Source: Octopus bimaculoides
Taxonomy: Eukaryota
Direction: 5' to 3'
Length of the DNA: 37,008 nucleotides
NCBI RefSeq assembly: GCF_001194135.2
Contig: NC_069001.1
Span: 9,217,126 to 9,254,133 of the forward strand
Every line of letters begins with the position of its first letter. Position 1 is the first letter of the stretch. Shown here one piece after another: positions 1 to 25,104 of this stretch. Position numbers and translations under genes: made by a program. The notes beneath the pieces were generated by a model, which saw only the letters and a list, made by a program, of their open reading frames with translations, ran no database searches and was not told the origin of the DNA.

Positions 1-379
1 CGTGTGTGTGTATGTTTGTGTGTGTTTCTGTGTGTGTCCCAATGCGGGTGTGTTTACGTTCATCTATATGTTTATCTTTGTATGAGTGTGTATGTGTGTG
101 TGTGTGCGTGTGTGTGCGTCTGTCTGTCTGTGTGTCTGTGTGTGTGTGTGTGTGTGTTTAAATGTGTTGGACTTGTTTTTGTACAAAAATAAAACTTTCT
201 AGTCGAAGAAGTACGTGTAGTAAATTGTAATGTGCACTATGATTAAGGTACGCAAAGGTAAACTACGACATGCCTGTGCTCCTCAGACTTAATACAATTA
301 GATTTCATAACTTGAGGGTTTCACCGTCCAGATTTTTCTATTCTAGTACGAATAAAACAGGCAATTTTACATGCTAGAA
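1..379. repeat. Non-coding segment homologous to 19990-20304
   Basis: Shared blocks GTGTTTCTG..GCGGGTG, (TG)n, ATGTGTTGGA, TACGTGTAGTAAATTGTAATG, GGTAAACTACGA, CCGTCCAGATTTTTC, CTAGTACGAATA in the same order and orientation. Confidence 0.88.
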
Positions 380-1670
380 CAAGCCGTCAAAACGACCAAA
401 ACCACATTTACTACTACCCCTCCAATTAGATTATATAGAAATTAAATTCTTGTTTGATTCACTAGACTGTTGAATAGCAGCCCAGTCAAGATGATATTTT
501 TTCTTCTCTTACTCTTGTGTTTTGCACACATCTACAAAATGACTTTCTAAAATGTAATTCCATCATGCAGCTGAGGAGTACATTTTCATTGCACATTTTA
601 TGTAGTGTTCTCACTACATGAATAAATTAAGTTTGTACGAAACGTACGCACTGCTATAACCTATTGNNNNNNNNNNNNNNNNNNNNNNNNNNNNNNNNNN
701 NNNNNNNNNNNNNNNNNNNNNNNNNNNNNNNNNNNNNNNNNNNNNNNNNNNNNNNNNNNNNNNNNNNNNNNNNNNNNNNNNNNNNNNNNNNNNNNNNNNN
801 NNNNNNNNNNNNNNNNNNNNNNNNNNNNNNNNNNNNNNNNNNNNNNNNNNNNNNNNNNNNNNNNNNNNNNNNNNNNNNNNNNNNNNNNNNNNNNNNNNNN
901 NNNNNNNNNNNNNNNNNNNNNNNNNNNNNNNNNNNNNNNNNNNNNNNNNNNNNNNNNNNNNNNNNNNNNNNNNNNNNNNNNNNNNNNNNNNNNNNNNNNN
1001 NNNNNNNNNNNNNNNNNNNNNNNNNNNNNNNNNNNNNNNNNNNNNNNNNNNNNNNNNNNNNNNNNNNNNNNNNNNNNNNNNNNNNNNNNNNNNNNNNNNN
1101 NNNNNNNNNNNNNNNNNNNNNNNNNNNNNNNNNNNNNNNNNNNNNNNNNNNNNNNNNNNNNNNNNNNNNNNNNNNNNNNNNNNNNNNNNNNNNNNNNNNN
1201 NNNNNNNNNNNNNNNNNNNNNNNNNNNNNNNNNNNNNNNNNNNNNNNNNNNNNNNNNNNNNNNNNNNNNNNNNNNNNNNNNNNNNNNNNNNNNNNNNNNN
1301 NNNNNNNNNNNNNNNNNNNNNNNNNNNNNNNNNNNNNNNNNNNNNNNNNNNNNNNNNNNNNNNNNNNNNNNNNNNNNNNNNNNNNNNNNNNNNNNNNNNN
1401 NNNNNNNNNNNNNNNNNNNNNNNNNNNNNNNNNNNNNNNNNNNNNNNNNNNNNNNNNNNNNNNNNNNNNNNNNNNNNNNNNNNNNNNNNNNNNNNNNNNN
1501 NNNNNNNNNNNNNNNNNNNNNNNNNNNNNNNNNNNNNNNNNNNNNNNNNNNNNNNNNNNNNNNNNNNNNNNNNNNNNNNNNNNNNNNNNNNNNNNNNNNN
1601 NNNNNNNNNNNNNNNNNNNNNATATATATGGTGAGAGAGAATATTAAATAATACTCTCTATACATATATA

Positions 1671-2461
1671 CGAGAGACTACGAAAAAGTTCTACGGATTA
1701 GTGCAGTTGCGCGCCAAAAGACGGCAGCACACGGTTGCATGTGCAGTGAGAGCTAGCAGTGACCTTCATGAAGCACTGTGCCGAGGGAGATTGCTGTGTT
1801 TACTTCGCAAGTTGTGAAATTTGTGTTTTTGAAAGCGCGTGTATGATCCTGTCTGCGATTCTTTCATGGACAGGAAGCTGAAACGAAGAGTCAACATGAA
1901 ATTTTGCATGCTTTGGCAAGCTTACAGCGTCGAAGCAATGGTTCGTACGCAATGTTTCGAGTGGTACGGACGCTTTAAAAGCAGGAAAACCTCCCTGGAA
2001 AACGATGAGAGATCTGTGAGACTTGCGACGAGTATCATCCCGGTAATGTAATATCATTCATGGAGAATTTTTCCCTCGGGACCAGACCGTCAATCGAGAG
2101 TTCTACTGCGACGTCTTGATGCGTTTCAGGGAAGACATTCGGTGAATGCGACCAATGTTGTGGAACACGAACAAATGGATTCTTCACCGAACCACAACAT
2201 GATATCGCTTCCGCACCTATCGTATTCGTCAGCTTTAGTGCCTGCGAACTTCCATCCCTTCTCCAAGAGGAAAATGCAGTTCGAAGGTCACTGTTCTAAC
2301 ACCGTTGTCAAGATCCAGAGCGAATCGCAGAAGGTACTCGACTCACGGAAAGTGACTTCCGAGCTGGACTCCAAATGTGGCAGGAACGCTGAGACTGGTG
2401 TATTGCTGCGCAATGTGACTATTTAGAAAGAGATGATGTTAAAAATAACATAACTAATCCG
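1671..2461 (+). mobile_element. Internally deleted, decayed mariner (Tc1/mariner) transposon
   Basis: N-terminal HTH fragment MDRKLKRRVNMKFC...RTQCFEWYGRFKSRKTSLENDERS, then IIHGEFFPRDQTVNREFYCDVL and HHNMISLPHLSYSSALVPANF (degenerate YSPDLAP). Left end TA|CGAGAG; right TIR only partly visible. Confidence 0.85.
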
Positions 2462-3178
2462 AAAATATATGTATTAATATGATTTTATTGCCCTTTTTCC
2501 GTACAATTTAGTCAAATGGTCCTTGGACTCGAATTAAGAATTACAAGGTTGTTAATAGAATAAGAAATAATGTTCTCTAATCTGGAAACAAATTTAATCA
2601 TATTTTCAAAAGATATCGTTAAATATCTTCCTCGATGTTTATACAGCATAAATTTAGCATAAATTTTGTAATGTAAAATACCATAAAGTACAAAACATTT
2701 GAAAGCAAAACACACCGGGCATCGATATCATATTATCTAGGTAACTTGTAGAATAATAATCTTTATTGAAATTACGATTGCAGAAGGTTATCAAGCTGAA
2801 GAGTTTGTTAATATTTGAATAATTATTTAGCAATGTTGCAAAATATATTGTATTGAAAAATGAATTTAGTCTTATTTTCTATAATTATCTTAAATGTTTG
2901 AGAATCATTAAAAATTATTAAAACAGAAAAATTGATATTTTTAGAAGTTTACTTTAGAATTAATGTTTTAACTAAAATTTTAATTTTAAAAAAAAGAGAT
3001 TTTCTGAAACTTGGTGCTAACAGGAACAAAAATGGATTTTCTTTGCTGCAACATTACGTTTTTCATGAGTTTATTTTGATCACAACTGTTGCGCATTGCT
3101 GAAAAGTGAAAAATAATGAGAAATTAATAAATAAACTGGGAGATTCGTGACCTATTAAGGAGTTGAGGCACCACAAGA

Positions 3179-3220
3179 TTAAACACCTTCATGTAGTGTA
3201 ACGACAATAGTCGTTCTGGC
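3179..3220 (-). CDS. Gene A candidate terminal exon 11b (ARTTIVVTLHEGV*)
   Basis: TTTTATGATACACAG|GCC AGA ACG...GTT TAA, phase 0; minus-strand AATAAA at 3070-3075. Confidence 0.35.
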   Translation of the reverse strand, partial: ARTTIVVTLHEGV

Positions 3221-3655
3221 CTGTGTATCATAAAACTTTACACAAGAGTCAGAAGTCACAATATATTAATTCTCTTTTTTGTGCTCGTAAAGTTAAAAAT
3301 GAAATATTTCATAGGCTGTTTTAACTTCGTGTGATTGCTCTCAAATGAGAATCAGAATACGTTCTGTTTATCGGTTACTCGACGTTTCATATATAACTAG
3401 TATTTTTATTGTGTACTGAAGCAAATTATGTCGCTATGTTTAAATGTATGAAAAACATTGCTATTGGAAGATATAACGTCTGTCTCAAAGCCATGCCGAC
3501 AGGAAGCGTTTTATTGAACCCGACGCAGCAAGGTCATGAAATATTTTTATTAATTGTCAGTATTAAAATCACATTCCAAACGTTACTTAAAGCAGTGAAC
3601 TGAATCAGCCTTACTAAATACTACCAACTGCCGCTAAGCTTATTAAGATTGTTGA

Positions 3656-3706
3656 TCAAATGCATATCGAACTGGTATGCTTTTCAAATACAGATTTGAT
3701 TGTGGC
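3656..3706 (-). CDS. Gene A candidate terminal exon 11a (ATIKSVFEKHTSSICI*)
   Basis: Pyrimidine tract TTTTATTTCTAG-AGAACAG|GCC ACA ATC. The frame reads E-Q-A-T-I, resembling the E(K/R)AT strand that closes lamin-tail domains, but the best TAG acceptor is one base out of frame. Confidence 0.4.
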   Translation of the reverse strand, partial: ATIKSVFEKHTSSICI

Positions 3707-3884
3707 CTGTTCTCTAGAAATAAAATTTGTACATTTTATATAATATGGTATATCAGGGAGACAAATGACTACATAGATCAACTCTCAAAGTGCATGACAC
3801 TAGAAAGAAAAATATACTCAAGGGCTATAGTGGAGAAAAGTGTGAAAGAAAATGTGTGCTAAACAATAAATTAGGACATCTTAC

Positions 3885-18435
<14,551 letters not shown>

Positions 18436-18541
18436 TTTTGTTGTTATTCAAAGATTTTGTGTTAAAGAAAAAAATGTGGGAATGAAATAAGAAACAATTC
18501 ACTGCTTGGAGTACGAACTGCGCAAAGAAAAACTTTCTGCA

Positions 18542-18574
18542 GAATGATTTACGACCTACTGAGGTTTTCTTATA
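18542..18574 (-). promoter_or_regulatory. Putative core promoter of gene A: TATA-like box + initiator
   Basis: Minus strand TATAAG starts at 18574 and TCATTC (Inr consensus TCAKTY) has its A at 18545, a spacing of -29. This gives a 110-nt 5' UTR to the ATG at 18435. Confidence 0.5.
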
Positions 18575-18850
18575 CTGCTAAATGATCAAGTCCGGAAGTT
18601 TAGTAATGAGAGTACGTGAATGTTAGAGGGAATGATTGACTGAGAAAGAGAGAAGGAGCAAATAATGAGGGAGCGGAAGGATGGGGGAAATGAAAGTAGA
18701 GTAAGAGAGTGAGATGCATGTATGTATGTACGTATTGATTTTCAGGGATATCATATTTCATGTCTCATATTTCAAGTATCTCATTTCTATATATGCTTGT
18801 GTGTATTAGCATGTATATGTGTGTATCTATTTACCTATGTATCACTATTA

Positions 18851-19068
18851 GGCGATGGCGAGCTGGCAGAAACGTCAGCACGCCGGGCGAAATGCTTAGC
18901 GGTATTTCGTTTGTCTTTACGTTCTGAGTTCAAATTCCGCCGAGGTCGACTTTACCTTTCATCCTTTCGGGGTCAATAACTTAAGTACCAGTTGTGTACT
19001 GGAGTCGTTCTAATCGACTGGCCGCCTCCTCAAAAATTTAGGGCCTTGTGTCTAGTGTAGAAAAGAAT
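18851..19068 (+). mobile_element. tRNA-derived SINE, family 1 (GGCGAGCTGGCAGAA...)
   Basis: A-box-like TGGCAGAAACG and B-box-like GAGTTCAAATTC; near-identical copies at 24747-24876 and 34847-35000. Confidence 0.85.
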
Positions 19069-19138
19069 CCTCAGCACGGCATTTCATCCGTCATTACGGT
19101 CTAAGTTTAAATTCTTTGGAGGTCAACTTTTATTCATG

Positions 19139-19182
19139 TGAAGGCGCATGGCTTAGTGGCTAAAGCGTCTGGCTCGCAATCA
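19139..19182 (+). mobile_element. tRNA-like SINE head running into an N-gap
   Basis: GTGAAGGCGCATGGCTTAGTGGCTAAAGCGTCTGGCTC has an A-box; similar to the head at 27676 (minus). Confidence 0.6.
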
Positions 19183-19989
19183 NNNNNNNNNNNNNNNNNN
19201 NNNNNNNNNNNNNNNNNNNNNNNNNNNNNNNNNNNNNNNNNNNNNNNNNNNNNNNNNNNNNNNNNNNNNNNNNNNNNNNNNNNNNNNNNNNNNNNNNNNN
19301 NNNNNNNNNNNNNNNNNNNNNNNNNNNNNNNNNNNNNNNNNNNNNNNNNNNNNNNNNNNNNNNNNNNNNNNNNNNNNNNNNNNNNNNNNNNNNNNNNNNN
19401 NNNNNNNNNNNNNNNNNNNNNNNNNNNNNNNNNNNNNNNNNNNNNNNNNNNNNNNNNNNNNNNNNNNNNNNNNNNNNNNNNNNNNNNNNNNNNNNNNNNN
19501 NNNNNNNNNNNNNNNNNNNNNNNNNNNNNNNNNNNNNNNNNNNNNNNNNNNNNNNNNNNNNNNNNNNNNNNNNNNNNNNNNNNNNNNNNNNNNNNNNNNN
19601 NNNNNNNNNNNNNNNNNNNNNNNNNNNNNNNNNNNNNNNNNNNNNNNNNNNNNNNNNNNNNNNNNNNNNNNNNNNNNNNNNNNNNNNNNNNNNNNNNNNN
19701 NNNNNNNNNNNNNNNNNNNNNNNNNNNNNNNNNNNNNNNNNNNNNNNNNNNNNNNNNNNNNNNNNNNNNNNNNNNNNNNNNNNNNNNNNNNNNNNNNNNN
19801 NNNNNNNNNNNNNNNNNNNNNNNNNNNNNNNNNNNNNNNNNNNNNNNNNNNNNNNNNNNNNNNNNNNNNNNNNNNNNNNNNNNNNNNNNNNNNNNNNNNN
19901 NNNNNNNNNNNNNNNNNNNNNNNNNTAAACAAGTAACAAAAAATTGTAAGAATATAATATATATTTAGGTTCGTTCAGTCTAGGTATGT

Positions 19990-20034
19990 GTATATGTATG
20001 TGCGTGTTTCTGTATGTGTCAATGTGCGGGTGTT

Positions 20035-20089
<55 letters not shown>

Positions 20090-20304
20090 ATGTGTTGGAT
20101 TTCTTTCGTTGTATAAAAGCAAACTTCCCAGTCGAAAACATACGTGTAGTAAATTGTAATGCGTGCCATGATTACGGTAAACTACGATATGCCGTGCAGC
20201 CGAGCTTTAATAAAATGAAATTTGATAACTTAAGAGTTTCTCCGTCCAGATTTTTCCCTGCTAGTACGAATATGTATTACTGAGGCCCTGTTTAAACACT
20301 AGAA
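19990..20304. repeat. Non-coding segment about 1.6-1.9 kb upstream of the gene A ATG, homologous to 1-379
   Basis: See the 1-379 copy; roughly three-quarters identity by eye. Confidence 0.88.
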
Positions 20305-23300
20305 TGTAAAATCCACTCCATGTAATGCAGGATACGCAATATCTGGAAAAAAAATTGTTATGGCTGACATATCTTTGAGCTTTGGTCCATACAATCACGA
20401 CTGACTTGGACAAACAATAACAAAAACTGAATAAATAGACAGATAAACAAAATGGGAGGAGCTGCTTACCTTGCCTGGGTTATTTTGTCCTCAAAGTACT
20501 CTTCTTTTTCCTATTCTTTTTCGGGATGTGTAGTATAAAAGATCCACATTGCCTTCCTTGGCGGGTCCCGAATTGTTTATGCTAACTGACTCCAGACAAA
20601 TGTGTGCAGTCTTTCCATTCCGTTTATTCAATAGTTCGGATGAATCGATATCTTGGAGATGTTGGGCTTCAATGCTTGCATCGAATGCTTGTCACGACTC
20701 TCATGGGAAAAGGTAATGGGCTGCGAAAACAGATAATATCAATTGAAGTACAATAGCTGTTTTCTTTTCGAGAGTTAAATCACCGAGTTTTGATTGCCTA
20801 TCCTACAAGCTTTATTTGTATGTCAGTCTTGTACGTTATTGGAAACCCTCTATCGTATGTGGCAAATAGACCAAGAGTGGGCCAGAAAGGATGCTACTGA
20901 TAATTTTATTCCCATAACCCCTACAAAATTCCTTGTCAAAGATTTTGTGGGAACTGCTCACAAGGAGACTGTCGTTTGTCGTCGGTTGAGTTGTCGGTAC
21001 TGGATAGAACTGATCGAATGCTGACAGACACATCCATTTCATGCGACACATAGACCATACTTCAATGACGTTCTGATCGATTTAAATCACACTAAATCGA
21101 TCGATAATGTCAAATAATCACTAACTATTAGCTATACTGGTTTCGGTCCCTTCTTTCGAGGCACTGTTGTATATTTCCTCAGAAATTCTAATATTAGTCT
21201 CTGACAACTTGATGAACATAACTAATATAATGGATAACATACAGCTCTGAAACAAACCGTAATTTTGAAAACAGATTTGAATTCTCGACTTCTGAGCAGA
21301 TAAAGAAATAATAAAGTTCTTTTTCCATTTCTTTGGAGTTCCCATTCTTTTCGTCTGATGCGAGAAACCCCAAGCGAATCTTCTTGTTTTTACCTTGGAT
21401 TAGTTCGATACAAGAGAGCCTTCTAGTAAATCTTCTTATTCACGGATCCCATGCGTGTTTTTCATTTCGCTTCATATGGAATGTAGAAGTAACTATTATA
21501 GTAAATAAGCTCCACCTTTTTTTTTTATTATTAGATCGAACAAATCTTGTCAAATTGCTCTGTTACCTGCGGTTTTAAGAGGAGTCTTTTCCCGATCTCT
21601 ATCCATCCAGTCTTGTTTACTTTAGGCTTTAATAATTATTTGGCATTTCTTTACAATAGGCACCATCTCGATGTTACCAAAACTACATATACTACTATGC
21701 AGATAACATTACTCACTCCATTTTGTTTTAAATATCCCAATCAGCAGAGACAAGGTACTACTTTTGTCCCTTCTAAGGGCTTCCGAGACTGGTGAGAAGG
21801 AAAAAGTTATGCTCACACTGAAAATCTAAATCTTTGCAGTAGAGTGTACTCAGCTAAAGGTATCTAAGGGAGAGATGATGGGGTTAAACTGGATAATCTA
21901 CACACTTTATCTCAGAACTGTATTGGCGAACACTATCCTGGGACTAGCTATTCTAAGATTCTTTTGTTATATCTTCCAAATAAACTAGGGACCTGAGACT
22001 TCGAAGATTAACAGATTTTAAATTTCCTACTGTATTACATATCGAGAGACCCTTTATTGGATCCTTTAAACCTGATGGAAAATATGGCAAAATTTCACTC
22101 AAATCACCCCTATTGTCTTCATTTCCCAACATTACCTTACCTTCTTTTACGATGGTAAGTCATGTGTGATTTGAGAGAGATTTGGTTGCTATTTTCAACA
22201 GCTTTGCTCACCGTGTAGAGGTCCTTCGATGGCTTGCATTAGATAATCTTAATACATTTTGCGTAGATTAGAGGATACAAAGATATGAAGCGTAAAATCT
22301 GGGAAACAATGATTTAAGCTGTTTTAGTTCTACGTACTTCCGCCAAGAGATATTTCGATAAGTACCTTTTATTTTTGCTGTTACTGTTCTTCTCCTTTAT
22401 CTTTACACCCCAGTTCATCTCTAAGCAATCAGATCTGTGATCAGTATCAAAAAGCATTCTTCTTCATGATTCTTCTTGTTTCTTTTTTTTTTTTCTCTTG
22501 CAAACACACTGTACTTAAGATCACATTATAATTCTGTCCTTCCTTTCTTTTTGACTTTGAGTAAAAACTGAAGGAGATTCCGTCAAGAAAATTTCACTAA
22601 GACGTATTTGGTCAGCTCGAAGTTATTACCACACTCAGTGGTATCAAGCTTAAATCCAGATGGTTGCAAAGCAAACATCTTAACAACACAATCAAATCCT
22701 TACCCATACATGATAGTCATCAAAATTTCCTTTTGATTTTTCAGAAGACGCTCGATCAAAACTTTAGTGTAAACGTTGTTGTTGTTGTTCTTGTTGTTGT
22801 CTTGCAAGGGGTCAGTCTACATCGAGCAGGCCTATGATGATAAGATTTCTAGCCATGTCCGTCCAATACTTTTGTATACCAGAGGCTTCATTGTCCAATA
22901 TATCCTTCTCAAGACAGTAAAGTCCAATTTTAAGGACATGTATCTGTTGTATATTGCAAACAAGCACAGCTCACAAAAGTAAATTTGTTGGTAGAAGTGA
23001 ATAATTTGTGATATCAACAAAAGAATTTTTGCATCTAAATGATTCTTCTATTTTGATTTCTTCTGCAGCAGTTTCTGCTGTAATATACCGGAAATAACGT
23101 GGAAATTCGTGAAGGAAAATCCAAATACGAAGTAAAAACAAAATAATTACATAGAAATAAAGACACGAAAATAAAATTTAAAAAAATTTTATTGCCTTTT
23201 TGTTGTCATAGAGCATATCAAGAAACACTTACGAAAAGAACAAGTGTGTATTGGCTGATAGAAAACGATGAAGAGAACATAATTTGGAGCAATGTAACAA

Positions 23301-23590
23301 CTATGCTGTTAGACAGCATCTTAAATAGTGCTTCCGTACTTAAAACCTAAAAACATAACAGTTAATTATCGAATAGCAGTTTAAGAAAATATTATAATCT
23401 ACTTTGAAATTAAGTAGTGTGGTTTGTTTGTTGACACGCCATCCTCAGTCGTAAAGTACAGGCAATTAGGTTTCTACCTATACAGACCGAAAATGTATAA
23501 CTACGAAATTAGTTTGAACCCTGGCATTGATTACCGATACTCTATAGTTATATGACAATAAGATGTGGAGTATGTATGAATGCATATATA

Positions 23591-23625
<35 letters not shown>

Positions 23626-24489
23626 NNNNNNNNNNNNNNNNNNNNNNNNNNNNNNNNNNNNNNNNNNNNNNNNNNNNNNNNNNNNNNNNNNNNNNNNNNN
23701 NNNNNNNNNNNNNNNNNNNNNNNNNNNNNNNNNNNNNNNNNNNNNNNNNNNNNNNNNNNNNNNNNNNNNNNNNNNNNNNNNNNNNNNNNNNNNNNNNNNN
23801 NNNNNNNNNNNNNNNNNNNNNNNNNNNNNNNNNNNNNNNNNNNNNNNNNNNNNNNNNNNNNNNNNNNNNNNNNNNNNNNNNNNNNNNNNNNNNNNNNNNN
23901 NNNNNNNNNNNNNNNNNNNNNNNNNNNNNNNNNNNNNNNNNNNNNNNNNNNNNNNNNNNNNNNNNNNNNNNNNNNNNNNNNNNNNNNNNNNNNNNNNNNN
24001 NNNNNNNNNNNNNNNNNNNNNNNNNNNNNNNNNNNNNNNNNNNNNNNNNNNNNNNNNNNNNNNNNNNNNNNNNNNNNNNNNNNNNNNNNNNNNNNNNNNN
24101 NNNNNNNNNNNNNNNNNNNNNNNNNNNNNNNNNNNNNNNNNNNNNNNNNNNNNNNNNNNNNNNNNNNNNNNNNNNNNNNNNNNNNNNNNNNNNNNNNNNN
24201 NNNNNNNNNNNNNNNNNNNNNNNNNNNNNNNNNNNNNNNNNNNNNNNNNNNNNNNNNNNNNNNNNNNNNNNNNNNNNNNNNNNNNNNNNNNNNNNNNNNN
24301 NNNNNNNNNNNNNNNNNNNNNNNNNNNNNNNNNNNNNNNNNNNNNNNNNNNNNNNNNNAACACGTTTACCTTAACTGAGCTTCAATGTCGAATCAGCTTC
24401 GCACAAAGCGACAAGGCTGAGTTTTAGGAATTCGATTATAATCAAGAGCGAGAGAGAGAAAAAAGACAGAGGCACGGAGATAGAAGCTG

Positions 24490-24580
24490 ACAGACAGACA
24501 GACTGTCAGACAGACAGACTGTCAGACAGACAGACTGTCAGACAGACAGACTGTCAGACAGACAGACTGTCAGACAGACA
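24490..24580. repeat. 16-bp minisatellite (CAGACAGACAGACTGT), about 5 units
   Basis: Direct reading. Confidence 0.9.
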
Positions 24581-24746
24581 CACAGAGTGAGAGGGAACCA
24601 ATCGATCTCGGTACTGATCAACTAATTTATTTGTTGGCCCTGAAATGGTAGAAGACGAAGTTGACTCGCACAGGATTCGATCTCAGAGCTCAGACAGACA
24701 GAACTAATACCGCAAGGAATTATATCCAATATATATAGTGTTAAAT

Positions 24747-24876
24747 GGTGGCGAGCTGGCAGAATCGTTAGCACGCCGGGTAAAACATTTAGCGGCACTT
24801 CGTCCATCTCTGAGTTCAAATTCCGCCGAGGATAGCTTTGGTTTTCATCCTCTCGGGGTCGATAAAATAAGTATCA
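24747..24876 (+). mobile_element. tRNA-derived SINE, family 1
   Basis: GGCGAGCTGGCAGAATCGTTAGCACGCCGGG...GAGTTCAAATTCCGCCGAGG...TTTCATCC...GGGGTCGATAAA. Confidence 0.85.
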
Positions 24877-24987
24877 TTTTAGCATTGGTAGTGTAGTTCA
24901 TTGCACAGTGCAATACACAAAGTCGAAACCGACGAAGATCCATAGCAAATTGATTAAAGGTTTTAAAAAATGATTTGATGACCTTAC

Positions 24988-25104
24988 CACATTGTTTTCG
25001 TCTCTGAGAACAGTCTTGGAAACAGCGGTAGCACTTCCCCAGTCGTTAACGTGGCTAACAATGTCGTTCTTGGAAGCACTTGAGCCGTAATTCGAGCCCC
25101 ATAC
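24988..25104 (-). CDS. Gene B exon 10 (lamin-tail domain)
   Basis: TTTTCAG|VWGSNYGSSASKNDIVSHVNDWGSATAVSKTVLRDENNV|GTAAGG; 117 nt. Confidence 0.88.

Noticed and set aside
20090-20272. Coding signal in the duplicated block (+ frame NLRVSPSRFF with three synonymous differences between copies)
   Set aside because: The other copy has a stop, a 10-nt insertion and a 1-nt indel, and many differences elsewhere are non-synonymous. Probably chance or an old relic.
20464-20600. Exon-like segment ending ...EYFEDKITQA-AG|GTAAGC
   Set aside because: No convincing pyrimidine tract or acceptor, no IF similarity, and gene A already has a plausible proximal promoter.
20836-21345. Two same-frame minus ORFs (74 and 71 aa) suggesting a third gene between A and B
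   Set aside because: They are separated by several stops, with no recognisable motifs or consistent splice sites.
22800-22910. Minus frame DILDNEASGIQKYWTDMARNL resembling the IF REYW motif
   Set aside because: It overlaps a dispersed repeat also present near 26040 and 31325, with no matching neighbouring exons.
24490-24580. CRISPR-like array
   Set aside because: Head-to-tail 16-bp units with no unique spacers, in a eukaryotic intron-rich context.
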